A stretch of 64,000 nucleotides of DNA, from the NCBI GenBank assembly GCA_964019335.1, contig OZ025718.1:310001-374000 (forward strand). Reading direction: 5' to 3'. The notes under the pieces are model-generated. The model worked only from the letters and a program-made list of their open reading frames with translations. It was not told the origin of the DNA and searched no databases. Position numbers and translations under genes: made by a program. The stretch's first letter is position 1. Every line of letters begins with the position of its first letter. Positions 54,386 through 64,000 of this stretch are shown piece after piece. Origin of the DNA: Diplonema japonicum (Eukaryota > Protista > Euglenozoa: Diplonemea).

Positions 54386-55327
54386 TCAGAAATTGGAGTC
54401 CAGCGTGACCTCAAGCCGCCGCACGGCCTCGATAACCTTCTCGTTCTCCGGGAGGGTGGCAGGTGGTTTTACATGACAGACAATGAAGCTCTGAGTAGGG
54501 GGCGCCAAGGTGGGGCGGAGACACTGCGCAAGCGAGGTCAGCGGGTCGTTCCAAGGGATGCACCGCGCGTTGTTCTGATGCAGCAAGTGATGTATGACAG
54601 ATTCAAGATGGTCGACTTCTGTATAGGACGACCTGGGCGCGTGCGCCTTCGCGTCCAGGATGGCTATCTCCACCCCGTTCAGGGAAAAAACACGGAGAAC
54701 AGAAAGGTCCGCAAAGTTCAAAGGGCTCCCCGTATCATCACCATCGCAAGCAAACACCTCCTGCAAAGAGACCGAAACAACATTTTTTGACAGGATGCCA
54801 CCCTCGTTATTCATGATGACGGCCCTGTTTACGCTGTTACCGAGGAGGTCCCGTCCATTCGGCTGGTATTTACTGAAGCGTATCTCACCGTTGAAGAATT
54901 TTTGCGTTAGTAAAGCTTGAGCCAGTGATCGAGAGAGTTTGTATGCTGATCCGCTCTTCCCAGCGGATCTGCCACCTATCATGAGGACGCTGCAAGGAGC
55001 CCCTTGTCGGGCTCCATCTAGGATGTTTCGCACCATTGCGTCTTCATTATACCCTATTCCCCCTATCCCGTCCTTCCACAGAATCTTCGTGTGGAAAATC
55101 GGTTTCAAAACGACTTCTACGTCACCGCCTGCTTCTAGGCCGGTTTCTTCTACGCCTGTGCCGCCTTCTCGCCAGGTGAAGAGCTTCCCAGAGATGAGGA
55201 TGCCTTCCATTCTGTCCTCCTTCAGGTTCGCCGCTTCTCTGATTTTCCCTCGCAAGTCCCTTATTGTGTCGGTGTTTTCTATTTCTAAACAGATTCTGGT
55301 GCCCTGGTGGTTCAGGAAGGCGTTCAT
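54386..55327 (-). CDS. Ubiquitin-like domain fused to a shortened, divergent kinesin-motor-like domain
   Basis: LEIENTDTIRDLRGKI...LISGK...GLEAGGDVEVV (Ubl); DGARQGAPCSVLMIGGRSAGKS (kinesin-type P-loop context); LESVIHHL...IPW...LRPTL...SFIVCHVKP. Confidence 0.65.
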   Translation of the reverse strand: MNAFLNHQGTRICLEIENTDTIRDLRGKIREAANLKEDRMEGILISGKLFTWREGGTGVEETGLEAGGDVEVVLKPIFHTKILWKDGIGGIGYNEDAMVRNILDGARQGAPCSVLMIGGRSAGKSGSAYKLSRSLAQALLTQKFFNGEIRFSKYQPNGRDLLGNSVNRAVIMNNEGGILSKNVVSVSLQEVFACDGDDTGSPLNFADLSVLRVFSLNGVEIAILDAKAHAPRSSYTEVDHLESVIHHLLHQNNARCIPWNDPLTSLAQCLRPTLAPPTQSFIVCHVKPPATLPENEKVIEAVRRLEVTLDSNF

Positions 55328-55892
55328 TTCTTTTTTCAAAAATTTGTGTTTTCCTAGTGAGTGATAGGCAGAAAGATCTCTTCGTTCGCTGTCTGCAAAG
55401 TAACGGGTCGCGATAAGAGGAGAAAGGTGGCTGTTTTGTTGCAAAATCTTCTGAGCAACGGGGCATTGACCAACCACTTACATGCGCAGACAAGTGTAGA
55501 ACGGTTCAGCACAGTGCCCGCTGGGCTGACATTGGTATACCCCGAGCCGTCGCTGGCGGTTTCGAAGCTGAGGGGACTCGCTGATCTTCTGTGCAGCTAT
55601 CAGGGGAAGAAGGGTGGAAGACAAGGATTATTAAAAAAGAAGAATTAAAAAAAAAAAAAAAAAAAAAAGAAGAAGGGTCACATTTTTTTTTTCTTCTTTT
55701 TCTTTTTCCTTTTTTTTTTATTTTCTATTAATTTTTTTTTTTTTAAATTTTCTTCTTCAGAATTTTTTCCCCTCTCATAGCGGGCAACATCCCCCCCTTC
55801 CCCAAACAAAACTTTAAAAAAAAAAAAAAAAAAAAAAAAGTGACATCTTGGCGTGAAAAGCAACAAAAAAAAAACCCACCCCCGTCCACCCT

Positions 55893-56351
55893 CTACCTAT
55901 AAACTTTTGAAACCAGCCAGTTTTCTCCCTTTTCAGATTTAGTCAGAATGATGCTAAAGGGTTCGATTAATTGTTTTACTGTAGAAGCGATGCAAGGGGT
56001 GCAGTTGTCCAAGTAGATTTTCCTCTCGTTGATGTCAAGCCGTGCATAACGCCCTTCCGTGTGGCACAGGATCCAGTCTGTGGTCTCTCGCACCGCATTG
56101 CCTATACATCTTACCGGTTTTTTGAAATCTAGGTTCACTTTCCACAACGTATTATATTGAAAATACACTGTATTCATCTGCTGGCTCCGTATCACGCTAT
56201 CGCCAGTCAGAATGTCACCAGGTGCAACCTTCTCAAGGTTATGCCTCCCCTTCTTGACAATTACCATCACTAGATACCCTTTGAGCCCTTTTGAAAATTT
56301 TTGCCACTGCTTCTCGTGTTTTGCGGGGGTTTCTTCCTCCTCATCCGACAT
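55893..56351 (-). CDS. Hypothetical protein; may splice to a further exon at ~55355-55597
   Basis: 152-aa complex ORF after an A-rich leader. A downstream open frame LHRRSASP...IFLPITH* follows a TGATAG acceptor. Confidence 0.6.
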   Translation of the reverse strand: MSDEEEETPAKHEKQWQKFSKGLKGYLVMVIVKKGRHNLEKVAPGDILTGDSVIRSQQMNTVYFQYNTLWKVNLDFKKPVRCIGNAVRETTDWILCHTEGRYARLDINERKIYLDNCTPCIASTVKQLIEPFSIILTKSEKGENWLVSKVYR

Positions 56352-56408
56352 TCTTCTTTTTTTTTTTTTTTTTTTAAAACCTTTTTTTTTTTTTTTTTTT
56401 TTTTTGGA

Positions 56409-57155
56409 TTTTATATAACTCCAGTCAGATTTTCAAGGGTGGGAGTGAATATAATATTTCACATTATTTCACGCTTCACTTTATTTTCATTGCAGATTTC
56501 AGGCTTGTTTTAGGAAGAAAACAGGGGCAGAAATGAAAATTACTTTATGAGTGAATATAAAGTACTTTATATTCACGCTTGCCCTATTTTCACTGCACAG
56601 CAAGGGGTTGGGGGCGCAAACACGGAAAAGAAATCACCTAAGTGGCCTCTTGTTTTGGAAACCCGGTTCGAATCTGGGAATCTCACTTTTTACGTCACTC
56701 AAGGATCTGGTTGCCTCTCTCAACAGAAGGGGAGAGAGGTGGGCTTGGCAAGCCAGCAGCGGTGACAGCTGCTAGTGGGGCAACCTCAGCAACCCAGGCA
56801 GCAGCCTCACAGGTCCTGTCAGCACTCATGGACGCACAGCCCGCACCACACAGGATATGCCTTGACAATCAATATCAACCATAAGCACCCCCAGTAAAAT
56901 TTTAACTTGTAACTTGTAACCTGTAATACCCCACCCTTTCAAATCTGACTGACGTTAAATAAAACAACGGATTTTAGTGAAAATAGATCCGATTTTCACT
57001 TGTGGTGGCATGTTTAACTTGTTGATGTTACTTCACGAGCGAAGCGAGTGAAGTAGACATTCATGACTGCACTCGCTTCGCTCGTGAAGTCATATACCCA
57101 CTCGTTAAACCACTGCCACCACGCGTGAAAATCATACGATCTTATTTTCACTGAA
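56409..57155. mobile_element. Non-autonomous inverted-repeat element B1
   Basis: IR 56422-56443 / 56930-56951 (20/22 match), followed by a ~180-bp imperfect palindrome at 56973-57155 with a perfect 21-bp core (57030-57050 / 57070-57090). Confidence 0.7.
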
Positions 57156-57298
57156 TAAATAGTTATGGAATGCTTCTCTGTAAGAAAAAAAAAAGAAAAA
57201 AAAAAGAGAGGAGGGGGGAAGGGGGGGGGGGGGTAAAATAAGGAATTTTTTTTTTAAAGAGAAATAAAGAGGGAGAAAAAAAAAAGAGAAAACCAGAC

Positions 57299-57349
<51 letters not shown>

Positions 57350-58429
57350 ACAAAAAAAAATAATAATATACTGCTTGTTAGAACTCCATACATATGGTCG
57401 TTCAAGGAATTCACTTTTTCAAGAAAAAAAAGGAGAAAAAAGAGGACGGTAGAGGACCCACCTATATTTTTTTTTTAAAAAAAATACTTTTTTGGAGTAC
57501 AAAAAAATAAGGGAGATATTAAGAAATAAAAACCTTTTGGTCCCTAGGCCGCTTCTCACAGAAGGGAAGGTTTAAAAAAGAAAAAAAAAAAAAAAATATG
57601 AGCTAATATTTTTTAAGAGGGGAGAGGGAGGAAAAGCCTTACTCTGAGGAGGTCCATGATTTTTTCTTTTTCTTTTTTTTTGCTCTCTCGGAGTAGACCA
57701 AGGTTTCCCCCCTATTTATTTCCCCCTCTTTTTTTTTTTTTTTTTTGGTATTGACCTCCTGAGGGAAAGATGGAAGGAGTTAAAGAAAAAGGGGGTGAAA
57801 AATCACCTGTGGTTTTTTTTTTTTTTTTTTTTATATTATTTAATTGTGTTGGTGGGTTTATTTATTTATTTTTTTTATTTCATTTTATTTTATTTAGTTT
57901 TAACTTATATTTAGAATGTAAAGGTGCGCACTCCAAGTCCCCCAGCTGCATACTGGAATGCTTCTAGCGAAAATTTGTATTTATTTGTTATCGGCCGCTG
58001 AGAAACATAACCCAATCAAAGGGAAGGGTGGGCAGCAGCAGCAATTGTTGCTGCAGTTCTGTTTTTTAGGTCTCTGCCCCTAGAAGACCCTTTACCCCAC
58101 CGGCCTTATGCTGCGACCATTGTGGTTGGAAAAAAAAAAAAAAAAAAATTGAACGTGCGTGAGTATCAAAAAAATATTTTTGTTTTTTTTCAAAAATAAA
58201 GTATAGTTTTTTTTTGGGGGGGGAGAGAGCAAGACCTCTCAAGCCGACCCAGACCAAGGTGGGTCATGCTCCCCTTAAAATGAACTGTTTTTTTTTTTCT
58301 TCTTTTTTCTTCTTTTTTTTTTTCTAGTTTTCTAGTGTTCTTCCCCCCAATAACAACATAATTTTACGATCTAAAAACGTATTATTATTATTATTTTTTC
58401 TTTTTTTTCTTTTTCGTATTCCCTTCAAT

Positions 58430-58472
<43 letters not shown>

Positions 58473-59414
58473 TATTCAAAGTGGGGGAAAAAAAGGTTTA
58501 TCCAAAGACGATAAGGGAGGAAAAAAGCGGAGCGACATGAGAAGAGACAGGAGGGTGAAAAGGACTCGTAGGTTCGCAAGTACGGAAAGGTGAAGAAACT
58601 CAAAGTACAGACAAGCCCTCGGGTTAGGAGGGCTGCCGATAAAAAAATAAAAATAAAAAAGCCGGGGCAAAGTACAATTTTTTTTTTTTTTTTTTTACAT
58701 GCAAACTCCACACAAGAGCGAGGCATAAAAAAGAAGAAAAAGAACTTTAACAAGTATTCTAGCTGTCTACCAATGAAGCCAGAACAAGGAGGAGAAGAAA
58801 AAGAGGGGAAAAAAAAAGCAACTAGCTAACTACCCGAGATGGAGGGGAAGAGAATAGGTTTCCTGCTTTTATTCTTTATTCACTTTATTTGATTTATTTT
58901 AGAAAGAAAAAAAAAACTTTTTTTTTTCTTCTTAGAGGATAGAGACGAAGGAACGAACAGCAAATAAGTTAGACAAAACATCTTTTTTGTTCCCCCCCTT
59001 CCCTTCTTCCCCCACTCCCATTGGAACAAAATATGCTTTTCAGAAGCTTCTGTAAGGCATGAATTCGCTCATAGTTTTAAAAAGAAACGGGAAGAAAAAA
59101 AAAAGGGGGGAAACACAGAAGACAGACTTTCCTATGTTTTGGTGCTCGTACCCATCCGTTTTCTTTTTCTTTTTTTTTTTTCCCTTTCGTCGAAATTCGT
59201 TGGGAGACACGCCTTGTCCCTGCGTCCTCCCTCCCCACTCTTTGTGCTGTATTAAATAAGCTCTTGAACAGAGGGACCTTCTTGTTCTTTATAACAAAAA
59301 TTACATTTATCGGTAGCTCCCCTTCTGACAGCCACTTGTCTTACCGGGCTACTTGGCTCTCGCTCTTTTTTTTTTTTTTTTTTTTTATTCTTTTTTTTTT
59401 AACTTTTTGGAATA

Positions 59415-59448
<34 letters not shown>

Positions 59449-60158
59449 TAGTGATGACATGACGGTACTTACCCTCAGGACTTTTTTGTACTGCACACAA
59501 ACAAAAAAAATTCTAAAGTACCGTTGTTTTATTGCGATGATTGCTGTTGGTGTTTTATTTTTCTTCTTTCTTTTTTATTTATTTTTTTTTTGATTTCTTT
59601 TTTGTGCTCTTGTATCAATAATAGAGGAAAAGGGAGGAAAAGGGATTTGGGGGATGGGACGGCACTGACTGTTTATTTTTTTTTTTCTTTCTTTTTTTTT
59701 TTTTTTTTTTCGTTCTCACTAGCTCGATCATAAAAAAAGCAAAACTCGACATTTTTTTCCCCCCTCAACCTCCCTTGATCGTCACCTAAAATCACGTGTA
59801 CGACAGACGCCTGGCCATATGGGAAATTGTAAAAAAAAAAAAAAAAAAAAAGTGTTTTTTTTTTTTTTTTTTTTTTCCCCCGGATCCAATTGGCCCTGGG
59901 TGATGTAGAGTTAAATAATTGGGCAAGGGCAGCGAACTAAGGAAGGATTTACTTTTTTTTTTCCCTCTTTTTTTTTTTTTTTTTAAGACACGGATTCCCA
60001 AATATTTCAATATTTTATTTTTCCCGTTGGCCGGAGGGTCCACCCCGTTCATGAAAGTGGGTTGAATGGTGCCCCAAGTTCATTTTGCCCGTCTTCTGTT
60101 TACTTTTGTGGGGCCGGGGCCGTGGAGCCACTGGTCTATTTTTTTCCGGAAATGGCTT

Positions 60159-60191
<33 letters not shown>

Positions 60192-60497
60192 AAAGCCAAT
60201 ATATGTTTCATATTTTCAGGAGAATTCTTTTTTAAAGCTATTTTTTTTTTAATTTGGGAAACGCGTGTTAAATTTAAAAATAGATTCTTTGATTTGAAGG
60301 AAAAAAAAAAAAAAAAAAAAAGAAAAATAAATTCAAAAAAGAAAAACAACTTTCTTTCCCTGTTTTCTTATTTTCTTTTTCTTTTTTTCGAGGAAACCCC
60401 GCCCCGGGAAGAACTGCCTATAAAAAAAAAGGGGGGGTTTTGAGGGGAAAAAAAACCCCCCCATTCCCTTCATTTACAAAACAGAAAAAAAAGGAAA

Positions 60498-60529
<32 letters not shown>

Positions 60530-60673
60530 GACAAATGGGGGGCCAATATGGTGACGCCCCCTTTGCCCTTTCCATCTGATCTATTCAGGAATAGAAAAGG
60601 GAGATAAACAAAAAAAAAAAACTTTTTTTCACCATCCATGATGAAACGAAGTGGCAAGACACCGCCGCAGTGG

Positions 60674-60708
<35 letters not shown>

Positions 60709-60820
60709 CAGGTGAGCGAGAGGAAAGGCAAAATAAAATGGCAAATAAAGGTCAGTAAGTCCTGGGTCAGGGGGGTGTAGAAGAGAAAAGACGGAGGTAG
60801 AAGAAACGAAAAGACGGCAT

Positions 60821-60872
<52 letters not shown>

Positions 60873-60874
<2 letters not shown>

Positions 60875-61076
60875 CTATTTCAGGGTGCCTGCAGTATGTG
60901 GCAGGGCACCCTGCACAAGCATCGCCTGTAGCTTCTTCTGCGTTTCGCGCCGTGTGCTTAATGCGTGCGGTGTGCAACTCAACCCCAGCCAGGTGTTGAC
61001 CAATATAGAGGTCAACAGCGAACAACACATCTGATGTACTTTATATTTCCATATTTCAGTATTATCCCCCACCACC
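60873..61076. mobile_element. Dispersed repeat family A, internally deleted copy
   Basis: AGGGTGCCTGCAGTATGTGGCAGGGCACCCT hairpin, TGTAGCTTCTTCTGCG...TAATGCGTGCGGTGTGC, GAGGTCAACAGCGAACAACACATCT, ending CCACCACC plus poly-A. Confidence 0.8.
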
Positions 61077-61403
61077 AAAAAAAAAAAAAAAAACCGTTAC
61101 CCCACCAAGCATTTTTGCCCTTTTTGGGCCACACCAGGTAGGGTAGAGGCAGACCCAGGCCCCTGATGTAATAGAGTTCCCCTCACCCCCCCCCCCTTTT
61201 TTTTGGTTTCAGTACTGTTATCTGGACAATGATAGCACCCACTGTTGTGCCCAGCTCTGGTTTCCCTCTTCTCTGATTACAGAGTATAGCCAAAATATAA
61301 AACTGCTAAAAAAAAACCCCCCCAAAAAAAAGAATAAAAGAAAACACACTTTATCTAAAAGTGTATTTTTGGAAAGCCAATTAATTGTACTAATCATATT
61401 GCT

Positions 61404-61407
<4 letters not shown>

Positions 61408-61437
<30 letters not shown>
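61408..61437. repeat. (GA)n microsatellite
   Basis: About 15 GA units. Confidence 0.95.
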
Positions 61438-61442
<5 letters not shown>

Positions 61443-61664
61443 AGGAATTACGCCTGTCGTGTCTTAAACCGGGAGAAAGGGAAAATAACTACAAGTAAAA
61501 ATATATTTTATAAAAGACTTTTTTTTATTAATTTTGTTACACCCTTTCGTCATTTTCTTCACACTCTTTTTTAAAAGCAATGAGTAACTCAAAAAAAATG
61601 AAAGGGGGGGTGTAAAAAATATATAAAATAATAATAAAAAAAAATATATATATATATAAAATAG

Positions 61665-62067
61665 TAATTCCGCAAAGTTACATGAGGAAATTTCCAAAGG
61701 ACCATAAAAATCAGAAATCACTTTGCCATTCATGAGTAAATGCAAAGTAATAGGCCGAGTTTGGCTTAAAAAAGTGCCGTAAATGCGAAGTAAAATCTAA
61801 TTTTTGGCCGCTGACACCGCTGTAGGCTGGCAAATGCCGAAAGGTACACTGGCCACGCTTGATCAAGCCCCTGCACAAAACTGCACAGAATTCTGTCAAT
61901 TTGACATCGTCTTCTCAGACAATGGGGTTTCGTTTTGACATCAATGTGAGCAGAAGTGAACATAAAGGGTTCACAGTGTCCGAAATTTCCTCATTTAACT
62001 TTGCAAAATTAAATAAAATATCATACTAAATATAAAAAAAACCAGCCAGACTCGCTTCGCTCGTGAA
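61665..62067. mobile_element. Non-autonomous inverted-repeat element B2
   Basis: IR 61665-61694 / 61982-62011 (27/30 match), followed by ACTCGCTTCGCTCGTGAA (62050-62067), identical to 57071-57088. Confidence 0.6.
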
Positions 62068-64000
62068 ATTAAAAAAAACGAGTGAAAAAAAAAAAAAAAA
62101 ACATTCCGAGTAAAAATCTGGGTGATTTTTTATTTAGTTTTAAAATAGTCATTCTTCCAAATTATATAGTGTTCAAACGCAGCGAAGCATTTGCACTATT
62201 TAAAAAGCAAGAAGAAAAAAAAAATATATATAAATATGTGAGATGGGGTGTTAACGAAGTGGTTCAGTGAGGAGTATCCGTTCGAAAGGCAAAAGAAATA
62301 AGGTATAAGCAGCAGAAGTGCTATCAAAAAAAGGGGTGGGGTAAATAAATCGCGCCACATCTCTAAACTTCCGGGGCTCGGGCTTTTCATTAACGGGCTT
62401 TAGAGATGTGGCGAGATACATTTGCACTCTTTGTACCTTCGTTGGAAAAAAAAACTTACCGAACATCTGTTCTAAAAAAGAAAAAAAAAAAAAAGTTGTT
62501 TGTGCAAGAATAAGTTCGATTCGGCGAAATTTGCTTTACTATAAATATGAGCTTTGTCTGGGAAAAAAAAAAAAAAACATTTTTTTTTTTTTTTTTTTTT
62601 TTTTTGACAGTCCGACATTTGCAACCGGTTGCACCCCCGGGAAGCAAAAAAACAGAGGGTCAGAAAAAAGAAAAAAAACGGCGGAAAATGTTTAAAAATG
62701 CTGGCGTTGCACAGCCCCCCAAAAACCCCGGTTTTTTCGAGGGGTTCCTAAGGCCTACAATGGCACATTTTCCTGAAAACCCAATTCCGATCACGAGGGT
62801 GAAGTTCGGCCACACAAGATATCTCTCTGTACCTTGCTAACATGGTGCGGCTGTACACATGTGTTGCCAACATGTGGCTGGTTGACGCGTACAATGCGCT
62901 TAACAACACATATGAAGCAGAGGCGCACGAACAGAAAAGTATTCTGACTGGTGTGTCGGACGGCCTTGGTCATTAGTTGACATTTTTTTTCCCGGACAGA
63001 CTCATAAAAAAAGGGGGGGGGAAGAGGCGGCGGGGGGGGGGGGGGGGGGGGCCAAGGGCTAAGCAAGGGTGGGAAAGTTCCTTTTAATTTGATTTTAAAA
63101 AAAAAAAAGTTTTTGCAGGTGCTGCGTGGTGTCTTTGGTGGACCAAGATCCCACGGCTTTGTTGTCACTCTCCTCTTACTTTTTTTTATATACCCCCTAT
63201 CAAACAACCCCCTCCCCATTTTTTTTTTTCAGTTGAAAAACTAAATAAGATATCGCAAACCTTCTCACGTCATTCTTATTTTTTTTGTTGGTTACACACA
63301 CCCCCTTTTTTTTTCTTTCTCATTTTCAACAAATGCTCCTCGTTATTCAAATAAATGAAAGTTGAGGAGAGGGGAAAAAAAAAAAAAAAAAAAAAAGAAA
63401 GAAGAAAAAAAAAAATAAAATAATAATAAAAAGAAATATAAATATCCTCAGTTCTTTCAAAAAAAAAAAAAAAAAAAAAGGGTAGGGGACGGAGAGAAAA
63501 AAACTGAACTTAACCAGGTCCCCATCAGGTGCGGCCTACGACGGGCAAAGGTGACCCTTGCTATCGAAGGCACCCCGAGAGAGTAGAAGTAGAGGGAGGG
63601 CATACACATATGTACTAGCTACTAGAGAAAAGAGGAAGTAAGATCAGGACACGGAAATTAACTGAATAACTAGAAGGGGGAAAGAAGGAAAAAAAAAAAG
63701 GAGTCATTTTGTGTGACAATAAAAAATAAAAAATAAAAAATAAAAACGCTCGTTTTTTTTTTTCTTTTCTTTCCCCCAACCCCCTTGCTGTCCAAAAAAA
63801 AAAAAAAGAAAAAAAAAAAAAAAAAACGGCGGTAAATTCAGAAACAAAAAAAAAAAAAACTCGTGAATGGACAATTAAAAAAAAAAAGGGGGGTCGGATG
63901 ACTTGTTTCAGCACAAGCCGTTTCCCAGGTTTCGGCACAAACCGTTTTTCACCTACAGCAGGGATATAACTGACAAAGCTGCCTTTTCTCTTTTCTTTTT

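Noticed and set aside
60873-60925. HDV-like ribozyme (ingi/L1Tc Pr77-type signature) at the end of repeat family A
   Set aside because: Only about 15 nt separate the candidate P1 strands, too few for P2, P3 and L3; no hammerhead CTGANGA...GAAA core was seen either.

Overview
Eukaryotic nuclear DNA, with one 200-N assembly gap at 13710-13909. All ~23 recognisable protein genes between 1 and ~56.4 kb lie head-to-tail on the minus strand, followed by ~7.6 kb with no recognisable gene but several transposon-like relics. Co-directional gene clusters combined with many cis-spliced introns suggest a euglenozoan, probably a diplonemid; this is an inference. Manual splicing recovers about 28 frame-restoring GT-AG introns, almost all 33-78 nt and made mostly of homopolymer. 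Examples are GTAT(A)32G, a poly-C intron, and GTA(T)18C(A)20G, which can fold back on itself. Many have no polypyrimidine tract, and many start codons follow a poly-A run directly. Genes include MPP-beta, a PPR protein, myotubularin, PH-FYVE, a PIN-like protein, RBM25-like, TRF4-like, CK1-Tudor, an RCC1/PAN/EGF membrane protein, RING-H2, SMP, PLC-like, a MAP2K-like kinase, WD40-TPR, an LRR/Cys-repeat protein, PRP4, a caspase-fold-like protein, AlkB and a Ubl/kinesin-like protein. Several of these look like pseudo-enzymes or unusual fusions. Non-coding parts contain a dispersed ~200-350 bp repeat family whose 38-nt hairpin end seems to supply a splice donor, two inverted-repeat elements sharing a GCGAAGC motif, and a decayed piggyBac transposase. 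All splice models and family assignments were made by eye and need RNA-seq or HMM confirmation.
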